IMG/VR virus record: IMGVR_UViG_3300005613_000054
Coordinates: 3,892 to 67,891 of that record
Direction: 5' to 3' (one strand)
DNA length: 64,000 bases
From: a virus
Shown: piece by piece, positions 54,639 to 64,000 of the stretch
How the letters are laid out: every line of letters starts with the position of its first letter
Numbering within the stretch: the first letter of the stretch is position 1
Program-made: the position numbers and the translations under genes
Notes under the pieces: generated by a model
What the model was told of the DNA's origin: nothing
What the model saw: the letters and a program-made list of their open reading frames with translations, nothing else
Databases searched by the model: none

Positions 54639-56045
54639 ATGCTAAATCCATTCTTTACACAAGGCACTGGTAACGAGCAAACGCTTGTTCAGAATTTGAT
54701 TGACGAGCATATCAAAATGCACGGCATTGAATTCACATATTTGCCGCGCCAATTCGTCAATGTAAAGACGATTATGCGGGAGGTCACTACTTCCAAATTT
54801 ACAATGTCTTGCCCCATTGAAGGGTACATTCAAAACTATGATGGTTTTGGGGATAACCACAATATTCTGACGAAGTTTGGTGTGCGTTCTACTGCAGAGA
54901 TGGAGATTGTTATCTCCCAAAGACGTTTTGAAGATAGTATTACTGGTCTTTTACAAGATGGATATACAAAATTGGAAAATAGTCCAGTAGATCTCACCAA
55001 CTACCCCAACAGACCAATGGAAGGGGATTTGCTTTATTTTCCACTGGGAGATATGTTATTTGAGATTAAATATGTCGATCATGAGCAACCATCATTCTAT
55101 CAGTTGCAGAACAATTACACATACTTACTGAAGTGTGAGTTGTTTGAATATGAGGATGAAGTTATCTCTACTGGTATTGAGAATATTGATAACAATTTTG
55201 AAGAGACTGGATACAACGCAACACTTACTTTGCTGGGTATTGGTTCTACTGCGACGGCAATCACATCAATTGTCGATGGCGCAGTTCATGTAATCAGACT
55301 AGTCAATGAAGGTGAAGGATACACTGGCGATCCAATCGTCAGGATTCAACCACCTACAACTGGTGTTGGTGCTCAGGCTGTTGCTATTACCACAGCAAAT
55401 CAGGGTGGTACAAGATCTCTACAAGAAATCTATATCACAAATGTTGGTTCTGGTTATACCTTCATTCCTAATGTTCAGATTGAATCTACTGATGGTAAGG
55501 GTTCTGGTGCTATTGTTCAAGCAGGTATTGGTACAACCGGGTCTGTTGGTGTAGTTACTGTATCTTACAGTGGTAGAAACTATGCTGTTACACCAACAGT
55601 AACATTTAGTGCTCCTCCTGCAGGCGGTGTTACTGCAATCGGCACTGCTGTTCTCAATAATTTTAATGAGGTTGCGGAGATCAGGGTTCTCAATGCTGGT
55701 TATGGATACACTGAGGCACCTACCATTACAGTCGCTGCAGCGGGTACAATTGGTGTGGGTACTTATAGGTACGGAGACTACATTAGAGGCGTCTCTACGG
55801 GCACCACAGCGTTCGTAAACAAGTGGGATCAACCTACCCTAACACTAAATGCACGCAACCTAACAGGGCGCTTTGCAGTCGGTGAGGTCATTGTTGGTAG
55901 GGGCACCACTAGCAGTAGTGTCGCTTACACACTAAATAGCATTAACTATCTGGATGATGATCCTTACGATAGCGCTGAAGACTTCCAAACTGAAGGTGCA
56001 GAAATTTTAGACTTCAGTGAGGAAAACCCATTCGGGGAGGTTTAA
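54639..56045 (+). CDS. gp14: Neck protein gp14 with internal repeat insertion
   Basis: EQ.LVQNLIDE.IKMHG, LTKFG, RPMEGDLLYFP, CELFEY, LDFSEENPFG. Confidence 0.92.
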   Translation: MLNPFFTQGTGNEQTLVQNLIDEHIKMHGIEFTYLPRQFVNVKTIMREVTTSKFTMSCPIEGYIQNYDGFGDNHNILTKFGVRSTAEMEIVISQRRFEDSITGLLQDGYTKLENSPVDLTNYPNRPMEGDLLYFPLGDMLFEIKYVDHEQPSFYQLQNNYTYLLKCELFEYEDEVISTGIENIDNNFEETGYNATLTLLGIGSTATAITSIVDGAVHVIRLVNEGEGYTGDPIVRIQPPTTGVGAQAVAITTANQGGTRSLQEIYITNVGSGYTFIPNVQIESTDGKGSGAIVQAGIGTTGSVGVVTVSYSGRNYAVTPTVTFSAPPAGGVTAIGTAVLNNFNEVAEIRVLNAGYGYTEAPTITVAAAGTIGVGTYRYGDYIRGVSTGTTAFVNKWDQPTLTLNARNLTGRFAVGEVIVGRGTTSSSVAYTLNSINYLDDDPYDSAEDFQTEGAEILDFSEENPFGEV

Positions 56046-56048
56046 TTT

Positions 56049-57089
56049 ATGTTTGGAACATACTTTTATCACGAAATTATTCGTAAAATCGTAATTGCTT
56101 TCGGTACGATGTTTAACAACATCGAAGTCCGCCATAAAGCAGACGACAATAATGATACTCTAAGTAGTCTCAAGGTACCCATTGCATATGGTCCTATACA
56201 GAAATTTCTGGCTAGGATTGAGCAGCAACCTGATTTCGATAAGAACGTTGCTATTACACTACCTAGATTGTCGTTTGAGATCATTTCGTATCAATATGAT
56301 CCCAGCAGAAAAATTGCACCTATCACCAAGTTCTGTGCGGTAGAAGGCAACACCATCAAGAAGATGTTTATGCCTGTCCCATACAACATTGGGTTTAGGT
56401 TGAGTTTTGCTGCTAAGTTGCAGGATGATGTTCTTCAAATCCTAGAACAGATCCTACCAGTATTTGCACCTTGCTTCACACTTACTGTAAATCTCATTCC
56501 AGAAATCAATGAGAAGCGTGATATTCCATTCTGCCTGAATGATATCTCTTTTAAAGATGACTATGAAGGCGACTTCAGCACTAGAAGGTTTATTGTCTAT
56601 GAGATAACCTTTACTGCTAAGACATATTTCTACAACGAACTACCTACAGACGAAGCAGGTGGTCTCATCAAAAAGGTTCAGGTCGATTACTCTGCTGGTA
56701 TCAGAGCACCAAGAGAAGTTCGTTATACAGTTACACCTGCTGCTACCAAAGACTACAACGACGACGAGACAACAAATATTACTGCTACACTTGAAAAAGG
56801 TAAGACCTTGATGAAGGTTGCAAGTAGTGCTTCACTTCAACTACGAACCTTTATTCAGGTCAACGATGAAGTTATGCGTATTGAAGGCATCAGTAACACT
56901 GATATTATTGTTGCCCGCGCTCAATATGGTACAACCGAGGCAGAACATTACAATGGAGATAAAGTTAATATCATCAATACTGCAGATGATAATCTAATTC
57001 AACCAATGGACGACTTTGGTTTCAATGAGGATACTGAATTCTTTACAGACTTTAAGACTTATAGTCCAAGTCAAGGGATCGATGTCTAA
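56049..57089 (+). CDS. gp15: Tail terminator / sheath stabiliser gp15
   Basis: YFYHEIIRK..IAFG.MFN, VPIAYGP.QKFL, LPRLSFE, PVPYN, QILEQILP.F.P. Confidence 0.95.
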   Translation: MFGTYFYHEIIRKIVIAFGTMFNNIEVRHKADDNNDTLSSLKVPIAYGPIQKFLARIEQQPDFDKNVAITLPRLSFEIISYQYDPSRKIAPITKFCAVEGNTIKKMFMPVPYNIGFRLSFAAKLQDDVLQILEQILPVFAPCFTLTVNLIPEINEKRDIPFCLNDISFKDDYEGDFSTRRFIVYEITFTAKTYFYNELPTDEAGGLIKKVQVDYSAGIRAPREVRYTVTPAATKDYNDDETTNITATLEKGKTLMKVASSASLQLRTFIQVNDEVMRIEGISNTDIIVARAQYGTTEAEHYNGDKVNIINTADDNLIQPMDDFGFNEDTEFFTDFKTYSPSQGIDV

Positions 57090-57496
57090 TGGAAAAGCAG
57101 TTCGATGCTATCGACAAGGCACTTGACGTAAAGGCGGAGATCGTTGAAGGTACGAAAAAAGAGAATATTGTAAGGGAAGTTCCAGACGATCCACAAAAAG
57201 ATTATGAATATAGTAGGGCACAACTTTATAATTTAATCGAAAAAGGTCAAGAAGCAGTTAGTGGTATTCTTGACCTAGCACAAGATAGTCAGCATCCTAG
57301 AGCATTTGAAGTTGCCGGTCAGTTAATTAAATCTGTAGGTGATGTAACGGATAAACTCCTAGATCTTCAGAAGAAAATGAAAGACATGGAGAAACCTCAA
57401 GGTGGTCCGAAGACCGTTAATAACGCACTATTCGTTGGTAGCACTGCAGAATTGCAGAAACTTTTGAAGGAAGGTTTGCTAAATAATGACAAGTAA
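57089..57496 (+). CDS. gp16: Terminase small subunit gp16
   Basis: DYEYSRAQLY.LIEKGQEA, HPRAFEVAGQLI, NNALFVGSTAELQKLL. Confidence 0.93.
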   Translation: MEKQFDAIDKALDVKAEIVEGTKKENIVREVPDDPQKDYEYSRAQLYNLIEKGQEAVSGILDLAQDSQHPRAFEVAGQLIKSVGDVTDKLLDLQKKMKDMEKPQGGPKTVNNALFVGSTAELQKLLKEGLLNNDK

Positions 57497-57510
57497 TACG
57501 AACTTTCAAG

Positions 57511-59277
57511 GTGAAGAAGTGCCCTGCAGGTCAATACTACTGTTTTGACGACAAAAAATGCAAGAAGATTCCTAATGGTTACCATGTAGGTGCTAGGGGT
57601 CGCTTGGAGCAGGACGAAGATGAGGAAACCGAAACTAACGGAAACGGTAATGGTAACGGTGGAGATGGTGGTTCTATGGGCGAAGAATTGAAGTTAGAAG
57701 ATCTTCGTAAGTGGTTTGGTAAAGGTAAGGAAGGTGGTGCTGGTGGTGGCGGTTGGGATCGCTACAACACTAAAGGTGAGCGTATGGGCAAATGTGCTCG
57801 TGAACCTGGCGAACCTAAACCAAAATGCCTATCTAAAGAAAAAGCAGCAAAAATGAGCAAGTCAGAAATTGCTTCTGCAGTTCGTAGGAAGCGTGAGCAA
57901 GATCCTGTTGCAGATAGATCTGGTAAAGGGGGAGCACCAAAAATGGTTTCTAATAAAATTGATGAAAGAACTCTTACTAAAGGTGAGGAGAAAACCAAAG
58001 AAAAGTATGTAAAGGGTATGAAGAAGTCTGCTAAGGACTTCAAAGCACGTTATGGTGAACGTGCTAAAGAAGTAATGTATGCTACTGCTACTAAAATGGC
58101 GAAAGAAGAGAACATTGAAGAGATCGCACCTGCGGTTGCCGGTGCTCTAGCTGTTGGTAAAATGGCAGCAAAAGCAGCAGCGAAGAAAGGTCTTCAGTCA
58201 GTAGGAAAGGCAGTCGCTGCTGATGCTACTAAAGCTATGGTTGGTGGTACAGTTAACAAGGGACCAGTTGCTGCTGCATCCAAACCTGTAGCAAAAACTG
58301 CAAGTCCATCAACAACTGCTATTACCAAACCCCAACCTGGGATGCAGTCTATGAAAGCACCCAGCATTCCCAGTACTCCCAAAAAAATTCCACCAAAGTC
58401 TGTTGTAAAAGGACCAGCTTCTGTTGCAAAACCTGCAGACACTACTCAAAAACCAACTGCAAAACCTTTTAAACCAACAACTTCTGAACCAACAAAACCA
58501 GAATCTAATACTACTACAAAAAGAAAATCTGGAGAAAAAAGAGAACTAGCTAAGAAAGGTCTTGAAAAAGCAAAGTCTGCAGTTAGTCAGTATTCTTCTA
58601 TGTTTGGTACGACAGAGCAAGTAGAATACCTAGACGAAAAGAACGTTCCTACTAATCCGTCGCTTTGGTCTAAAGCCAAATCTATGGCTAGATCAAAGTT
58701 CGACGTATATCCATCCGCTTATGCTAATGGATGGGCTGCTAAGTGGTACAAATCCAAAGGCGGCGGATGGAAGAAATCTGCAAAGGAAAGTTATGAGCAG
58801 GAAAGACAACTACCTACTTTTAGTCAGTTTAGGGAGGCTGCTACTTATAGCGAACTTAATGAGATGATTTCCACAACGGGAGTCAGAAAAGCAGATCCTG
58901 ATAACCCTTCATCATATAAAAAAAGACCTGAGGAGAAACCAAAACGCAAAGCAACAATTTCCACCAAGGGTGTTAGATTTTTCGATAAGAAGGGTACAGG
59001 TTACATCAAAGGAGGAGTAAAGACTTATGAATCCGCAGCATGGACAAGAAAAGCAGGAAAAAGTGAAGAAGGAGGACTCAACGAGAAAGGCAGAAAATCT
59101 TACGAACGCGAAAATCCTGGAAGCGACCTTAAAGCACCAAGCAAAAAGGTTGGAAATCCCAGAAGGAAATCGTTTTGCGCTAGAATGAAGGGTATGAAGG
59201 CAAAACTTACTAGCAAGAAGACTGCAAACGATCCTGATAGCAGAATCAACAAATCACTAAGAGCTTGGAATTGCTAA
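57511..59277 (+). CDS. Modular Lys-rich protein (probable internal head protein/polyprotein)
   Basis: Modules KKCPAGQYYC, LRKWFG..GW..KPKC, KARYG..VMYATATK, KFDVYPSAYAN, AAWTRKAGK..GGLN..RRKSFCARM..WNC; late-like CTAAATA at 57479. Confidence 0.75.
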   Translation: MKKCPAGQYYCFDDKKCKKIPNGYHVGARGRLEQDEDEETETNGNGNGNGGDGGSMGEELKLEDLRKWFGKGKEGGAGGGGWDRYNTKGERMGKCAREPGEPKPKCLSKEKAAKMSKSEIASAVRRKREQDPVADRSGKGGAPKMVSNKIDERTLTKGEEKTKEKYVKGMKKSAKDFKARYGERAKEVMYATATKMAKEENIEEIAPAVAGALAVGKMAAKAAAKKGLQSVGKAVAADATKAMVGGTVNKGPVAAASKPVAKTASPSTTAITKPQPGMQSMKAPSIPSTPKKIPPKSVVKGPASVAKPADTTQKPTAKPFKPTTSEPTKPESNTTTKRKSGEKRELAKKGLEKAKSAVSQYSSMFGTTEQVEYLDEKNVPTNPSLWSKAKSMARSKFDVYPSAYANGWAAKWYKSKGGGWKKSAKESYEQERQLPTFSQFREAATYSELNEMISTTGVRKADPDNPSSYKKRPEEKPKRKATISTKGVRFFDKKGTGYIKGGVKTYESAAWTRKAGKSEEGGLNEKGRKSYERENPGSDLKAPSKKVGNPRRKSFCARMKGMKAKLTSKKTANDPDSRINKSLRAWNC

Positions 59278-59284
59278 AAATCAA

Positions 59285-59821
59285 ATGATTTTATTTAATG
59301 GTGACTCTTGGTGTTGGGGGTTCAATCTTAAAAATAGAGAAGATAGATATGTTGTGAAAGTTGCAAACAAATGCAATTCCAAATATACGGATTTATCTTT
59401 ACATGGGTGCAGTAATCGCAAAATAGTTAGAACTACTCTTGAACACGATATTACTAAGTATGATCTTGGTATTATTTGTATGACTTATAAGAATCGTACA
59501 GAATTTCATCTGAACGGTAAGTGGGAAAATATAAATCCGGGTAGAGGTAATAGATTAAAATTTTTAGATTATTATAAAAATTATTATTCTGAAGAATATG
59601 GTAACTCAGATGAATTTATTTTTAGACAAGCAATAATTGATCACTTTAAAGCAAATAATGTACCACTATTGCTTTTGACTGTGGCTAAAGCATCAAAATA
59701 TAATTATGATTTGAAATTAAATACACCAGATATTCCTTTAGGATCTACTCTACATCCCACTGAAGAAGGACATTCTATTTTAGCAGATAGAATTTATGAA
59801 AAAATTTTAAAATTTAGATAA
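59285..59821 (+). CDS. SGNH/GDSL-hydrolase-like protein (AT-rich insertion)
   Basis: FNGDSW, LSLHGCSN..IVRTT, HPTEEGHSILA. Confidence 0.75.
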   Translation: MILFNGDSWCWGFNLKNREDRYVVKVANKCNSKYTDLSLHGCSNRKIVRTTLEHDITKYDLGIICMTYKNRTEFHLNGKWENINPGRGNRLKFLDYYKNYYSEEYGNSDEFIFRQAIIDHFKANNVPLLLLTVAKASKYNYDLKLNTPDIPLGSTLHPTEEGHSILADRIYEKILKFR

Positions 59822-59823
59822 TT

Positions 59824-61473
59824 ATGTCTGGCGAAATTTATCTTGGTAATCCTAATCTAAAAAAAGCAAATACACCCATTCAATTTACTCAAGAACAAAT
59901 TCTTGAGTTTATGAAGTGTAAGGACGATCCTGTCTATTTTGCTAGAAATTACATCAAAATTGTTTCTCTTGATCATGGTCTTGTACCATTTAACATGTAT
60001 CCTTTTCAAGAGAAGTTGATTCAAAACTTCCATGATAATAGATTTAATATCTGTAAGATGCCTCGTCAGACTGGTAAGTCCACGACTTGTGTGTCTTATC
60101 TTCTACACTATGCTGTATTCAACGATAACGTAAATATTGCAATCCTTGCTAACAAAGCATCCACTGCTCGTGACTTGTTGGGACGCTTACAATTAGCGTA
60201 CGAAAACCTGCCAAAATGGATGCAGCAAGGTATCATAGCATGGAACAAAGGTTCTATGGAGTTGGAAAATGGCTCAAAAATTATTGCTGCTTCTACTAGC
60301 GCCAGTGCGGTACGGGGTGGCTCTTATAATATTATATTCCTGGACGAATTTGCGTTTATTCCTAACCATATCGCTGACGACTTCTTCGCTTCTGTTTATC
60401 CTACTATATCTTCTGGTCAGTCAACCAAGGTAATTATGGTTTCTACCCCACACGGTATGAACCATTTCTATCGTTACTGGCATGATGCTGAACGGGGTAA
60501 GAATTCTTATGTTGCTACTGAAGTTCATTGGTCTGAAGTTCCTGGAAGGGATGCTAAGTGGAAAGAGCAAACTATTGCTAACACATCAGAGCAGCAATTC
60601 AAGATTGAGTTTGAATGTGAGTTCCTAGGTTCTGTTGATACACTCATTGCACCTTCTAAGTTGAAGGCAATGGTTTTCGAGGATCCAGTATTGTCTAATA
60701 ATAGTCTCCTAGTATATGAAAAACCACGAGAAGATAGAGATTATATTGTTACTGTTGACGTTGCTAGGGGTGTCTCAAAAGACTATTCCGCATTTATTGT
60801 TGTAGATATTACAGAGTTCCCATACAAAATGGTTGCTCGATATAAGAACAATGAAATCAAACCGATGCTGTTTCCCAGCGTCATTCAGGAGACAGCAGAA
60901 GCATACAACAATGCATATGTTCTCTGTGAAGTCAATGACATTGGTGACCAAGTTGCATCTATTCTAAACTTTGATTTGGAATATGAAAACGTATTGATGT
61001 GCTCAATGCGAGGTCGGGCTGGTCAGATTGTGGGTACAGGTTTCTCTGGTAAAAAGACACAACTTGGCGTCAAGATGAGCACTACGGTCAAGAAAGTTGG
61101 TTGTTCTAACCTAAAGACTTTGATCGAAGAAGATAAGTTACTCATCAATGACTATGATACCATCAGTGAACTAACAACTTTTATTCAAAGAAAGCAGTCT
61201 TTTGAAGCAGAAGAAGGTTGTAATGATGACCTTGCGATGTGCTTGGTTATCTTCGCATGGCTTGTAGCACAAGACTACTTTAAAGAAATGACGGACAATG
61301 ATGTCCGAAAAAGAATTTATGAAGAGCAGAAAAACCAGATCGAACAGGACATGGCTCCGTTTGGGTTTGTATCTGATGGACTAGGAGAAGTCGGTGGTGA
61401 ACTAGATAGTAACGGTGATCGCTGGTATACCGATGAGTATGGTGACCTTAGTTATATGTGGGAGTTCCAATGA
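59824..61473 (+). CDS. gp17: Terminase large subunit gp17
   Basis: YLGNPNLK, Walker A PRQTGKST, Walker B IIFLDEFAF, STPHG, DVARG..DYSAF, DDLAM. Confidence 0.97.
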   Translation: MSGEIYLGNPNLKKANTPIQFTQEQILEFMKCKDDPVYFARNYIKIVSLDHGLVPFNMYPFQEKLIQNFHDNRFNICKMPRQTGKSTTCVSYLLHYAVFNDNVNIAILANKASTARDLLGRLQLAYENLPKWMQQGIIAWNKGSMELENGSKIIAASTSASAVRGGSYNIIFLDEFAFIPNHIADDFFASVYPTISSGQSTKVIMVSTPHGMNHFYRYWHDAERGKNSYVATEVHWSEVPGRDAKWKEQTIANTSEQQFKIEFECEFLGSVDTLIAPSKLKAMVFEDPVLSNNSLLVYEKPREDRDYIVTVDVARGVSKDYSAFIVVDITEFPYKMVARYKNNEIKPMLFPSVIQETAEAYNNAYVLCEVNDIGDQVASILNFDLEYENVLMCSMRGRAGQIVGTGFSGKKTQLGVKMSTTVKKVGCSNLKTLIEEDKLLINDYDTISELTTFIQRKQSFEAEEGCNDDLAMCLVIFAWLVAQDYFKEMTDNDVRKRIYEEQKNQIEQDMAPFGFVSDGLGEVGGELDSNGDRWYTDEYGDLSYMWEFQ

Positions 61474-61757
61474 TTGATCCAAAATGTTTAAAAGGTGAAA
61501 CCGTTTTGGGACATGATACTCGTGGTTTCATAATGCCTTGTTCTTGGTGTGCAAGTATAATTCGAGATGAGGAACTTAAATCCTTAGTTAAAGACCACCT
61601 AAAAATATCAAATGTAGATTCTGTTGAACAAATTATTAATTCTAAAGAATGGAATGAATTTTTTAGAGTTCTGAAGGAGCAACCAGAAGATGCTCCACAA
61701 ATATGTAAATTGCTATGCAAAACTGGATATGAAGTTAAGAAATACGATCAATATTGA
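61470..61757 (+). CDS. Stand-alone Cys-rich (SPASM/twitch-like) protein
   Basis: PKC...GFIMPCSWC...IINSKEW...CKLLC; ATGA overlap with the gp17 stop. Confidence 0.65.
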   Translation: MIDPKCLKGETVLGHDTRGFIMPCSWCASIIRDEELKSLVKDHLKISNVDSVEQIINSKEWNEFFRVLKEQPEDAPQICKLLCKTGYEVKKYDQY

Positions 61758-62379
61758 TACTACCAATAAATGTACTTTAAAATGTCCAGCTTGCAATCGA
61801 CAAGTTAGACATTCGGATGGTAAAGTCCCTGGCGATGATATTTCTCTAGATGATTTTAGAAAAGTCGCTAAGTACTTTGATGTAGTTCATTTAAATGGCC
61901 AACTTGGCGACCCTACTTTACATAAAAATTTTCACACTCTTTTAGAAATTTGTATTGAAGAAAATACGAATCTTATTATTAATAATGCATCCACTTTTAG
62001 ATCATATGCTTGGTATCTAAAGGCATTCAATCTATCAAAGAAAGGTAATATTAAATGGATTTTTGCAATTGATGGTCTTCCTGAAGATAGTCATAAGTAT
62101 AGAATTAATCAGGACGGCAAAAAGTTGTATAAAATGATGCAACTTTGTTCTAGTATGGGAATTGAAACTCAATGGAATTACATCATATTCAATTATAATG
62201 AAGATGATATAGAGACTGCCAAAAAAATGGCTAGATCTATTGGAGTAACATTTAATTTAATTAAATCTGCTCGTTGGGAAAAGGAAACTGGAATGGATAA
62301 GTACAAACCAAGTGATCCAAAAAATCATTTAGAAAGAGACTTCTTTGATTACTACCATAAAAAACCTAGGATTTTATAA
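61729..62379 (+). CDS. Radical SAM protein (short)
   Basis: CTLKCPAC, GQLGDP, FAIDG..DSHKYRIN, WNYIIFNYNE. Confidence 0.85.
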   Translation: MKLRNTINIDTTNKCTLKCPACNRQVRHSDGKVPGDDISLDDFRKVAKYFDVVHLNGQLGDPTLHKNFHTLLEICIEENTNLIINNASTFRSYAWYLKAFNLSKKGNIKWIFAIDGLPEDSHKYRINQDGKKLYKMMQLCSSMGIETQWNYIIFNYNEDDIETAKKMARSIGVTFNLIKSARWEKETGMDKYKPSDPKNHLERDFFDYYHKKPRIL

Positions 62380-62382
62380 ATA
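62375..62382 (+). promoter_or_regulatory. T4-type late promoter
   Basis: TATAAATA upstream of gp18. Confidence 0.8.
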
Positions 62383-62422
62383 ATTTTAGTCTAAAATTAG
62401 GGTTACCGCAGGGGAGTTCAGA

Positions 62423-64000
62423 ATGGCACTTCAGTTAGCATCTCCAGGCGTTCAGGTTAGGGAGGTAGATCTAACTCGCGGTGGTGTTGATACAACTATC
62501 AACGTCAAGGCGGGTATCGCAGCACCTTTCCAACAGGGTCCTGTAAATGAGATTGTAACTATCACAAATGAGAAGGAACTCGTCGAAGTTTTTGGAGAAC
62601 CAAGTTCTTCGACAACAGATTATCAATACGAGTCCTGGTATGCATGTTCAAACTTCTTGTCCTATGGAGGACAGTTGGACGTTGTACGTTGTGGTGGTGG
62701 TGATCTAAACAACGCAAACGTTGCTGTTGGTGCATCTGCACAAGCAAGTTTGCTAATTGAAAACTACGACGATTATAATAACAATCACGTTGGTGATACT
62801 AATTGGTACTGGGCAGCAAAGAACCCAGGCAATTGGGCACAAGAATTGAAAATTGCAGCAATCGACGCTGCAGCGGACCAAAGAATTAGCGGCATCTTAA
62901 CTACAAATGTTGGTACAGCAGACACTGGATTTATCAGTGCTCACAACATTCAAGTTGGTTACGCTGTAACTCAAAATCTTGAAGGGACACAAATCGGTAT
63001 TGGTACCACATCTGATGCTAATGGTTATCTAAAGGGTGTCATCACTGGCGTTGGTGCAAGTTTCGTTGATGTTAAGATTGTTTCTTACGTTTCCGGTCTA
63101 GGCACTGCTACCAACATTGATTATCAAGAGAACTCTTTGTATGAGTTTAAAGTGGGTGATGGAAAGCAGATTGGTATTTCTTCCTTCACGTTTGGTGACG
63201 TTGGTATCCTAACTGGTACTGCTGTTAAGCAAGACTGGTATGATCAGCAAAACGTTCTAACCAGTGTTGCTGATGGTGGTACTGATCCGGTTACCGTTGC
63301 TTGGAGATCTGTTCTTCCAAAACCAAGAACAAACGTTTATGTTTCTGATAGAAACGGTCGTTTTGACGGTCTAAACGTTGTAGTTATTGATACTGACGGT
63401 AAGGTAACTGGTACTCCAGGCAGCATCCTTGAGAAGTTTGGTAACCTATCGAAGGCAGCAGACACTGAAGTTTCTCCAAACAAGTCGGTTTACTATAAAT
63501 CGTACCTTGCAGATAATTCCAAGTATATCTACGCTGGTATCTCGCTAGTCAACGCAACAGATAGTTTCCACAATACTGCTCCAAGAGTAGTTGGTTTCCA
63601 GACCGCTACTGCAGTAGGTCTAAAAGGAGCTGCAGCAGGTGCATGGGGTCAAGATGCACAGAACATTGTATTCAATGGTCTAGGCAACGCTTCTTACGTT
63701 ACTAAGATTGGTCGTGACTATTCAGGTGTAGGTAACTTTACTGCCCCAATCGGTGATGTTCTAACATCTTATGATAAACTAGCAGATCCAGTTAATAGCA
63801 ACATCAGATTCCTACTACAAGGTGGTGCATCTGGTACTAAGGAAGAAGAGCAAGCGAAAGCAAACAAACTCATCTCCATCTGCGAAACACGTAAGGATTG
63901 CGTTGCATTTATCTCACCAAACCGCGATAGTTTGGTTAATATTACCAGCGAGAGCACACAACTAGACAATGCTCTTTCGTTCCATGCTCCTATCACTTCT
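62423..64000 (+). CDS. gp18: Tail sheath protein gp18 (partial, runs off window end)
   Basis: Not in the ORF track. Manual translation MALQLASPGVQVREVDLT...APFQQGPV...FLSYGG...AAKNPGNW...RKDCVAFISP. Confidence 0.95.
   Translation, partial: MALQLASPGVQVREVDLTRGGVDTTINVKAGIAAPFQQGPVNEIVTITNEKELVEVFGEPSSSTTDYQYESWYACSNFLSYGGQLDVVRCGGGDLNNANVAVGASAQASLLIENYDDYNNNHVGDTNWYWAAKNPGNWAQELKIAAIDAAADQRISGILTTNVGTADTGFISAHNIQVGYAVTQNLEGTQIGIGTTSDANGYLKGVITGVGASFVDVKIVSYVSGLGTATNIDYQENSLYEFKVGDGKQIGISSFTFGDVGILTGTAVKQDWYDQQNVLTSVADGGTDPVTVAWRSVLPKPRTNVYVSDRNGRFDGLNVVVIDTDGKVTGTPGSILEKFGNLSKAADTEVSPNKSVYYKSYLADNSKYIYAGISLVNATDSFHNTAPRVVGFQTATAVGLKGAAAGAWGQDAQNIVFNGLGNASYVTKIGRDYSGVGNFTAPIGDVLTSYDKLADPVNSNIRFLLQGGASGTKEEEQAKANKLISICETRKDCVAFISPNRDSLVNITSESTQLDNALSFHAPITS

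Noticed and set aside
1-64000. tRNA/rRNA genes, introns or inteins (e.g. in gp17)
   Set aside because: No cloverleaf signatures found by eye in intergenic regions; gp17 is uninterrupted and of normal length.

Overview
A 64-kb segment of a T4-like marine cyanophage genome (Kyanoviridae-type myovirus). From left to right: (i) the end of a minus-strand sugar-nucleotide/tailoring operon (KdsB-like cytidylyltransferase, NodU/CmcH carbamoyltransferase, DegT aminotransferase, NAD epimerase). (ii) The VWA/HExxH 'CobT-like' gene and 'CobS' AAA+ gene, split by an AT-rich radical-SAM gene. (iii) An early region (about 8.2-16.3 kb) of small ORFs and a candidate endonuclease-methyltransferase pair. About 12 copies of a fixed-spacing promoter cassette (GAC-N10/11-[CG][TC]GTCCAC-like, then a short hairpin, then the -10 box) occur from 3.8 to 14.8 kb. 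(iv) A mostly non-coding stretch (15.8-17 kb) with an AT-rich element, a leftward ORF-less promoter, a long G-U hairpin and six cyanobacterial-type DnaA boxes (TTTTCCACA); this is a candidate origin. (v) An AT-rich island with a sulfotransferase, four SGNH-like genes (three a mosaic tandem triplication), an HNH nuclease and a radical SAM gene. (vi) The late structural block: gp25, gp6, gp7 (split), gp8, VrlC-like, tail fibres, gp13, gp14, gp15, gp16, gp17 and partial gp18, with more SGNH and radical-SAM genes inserted around gp17. No tRNA, rRNA, CRISPR array or reverse transcriptase was seen. All family assignments come from motif recognition by eye, not database searches.
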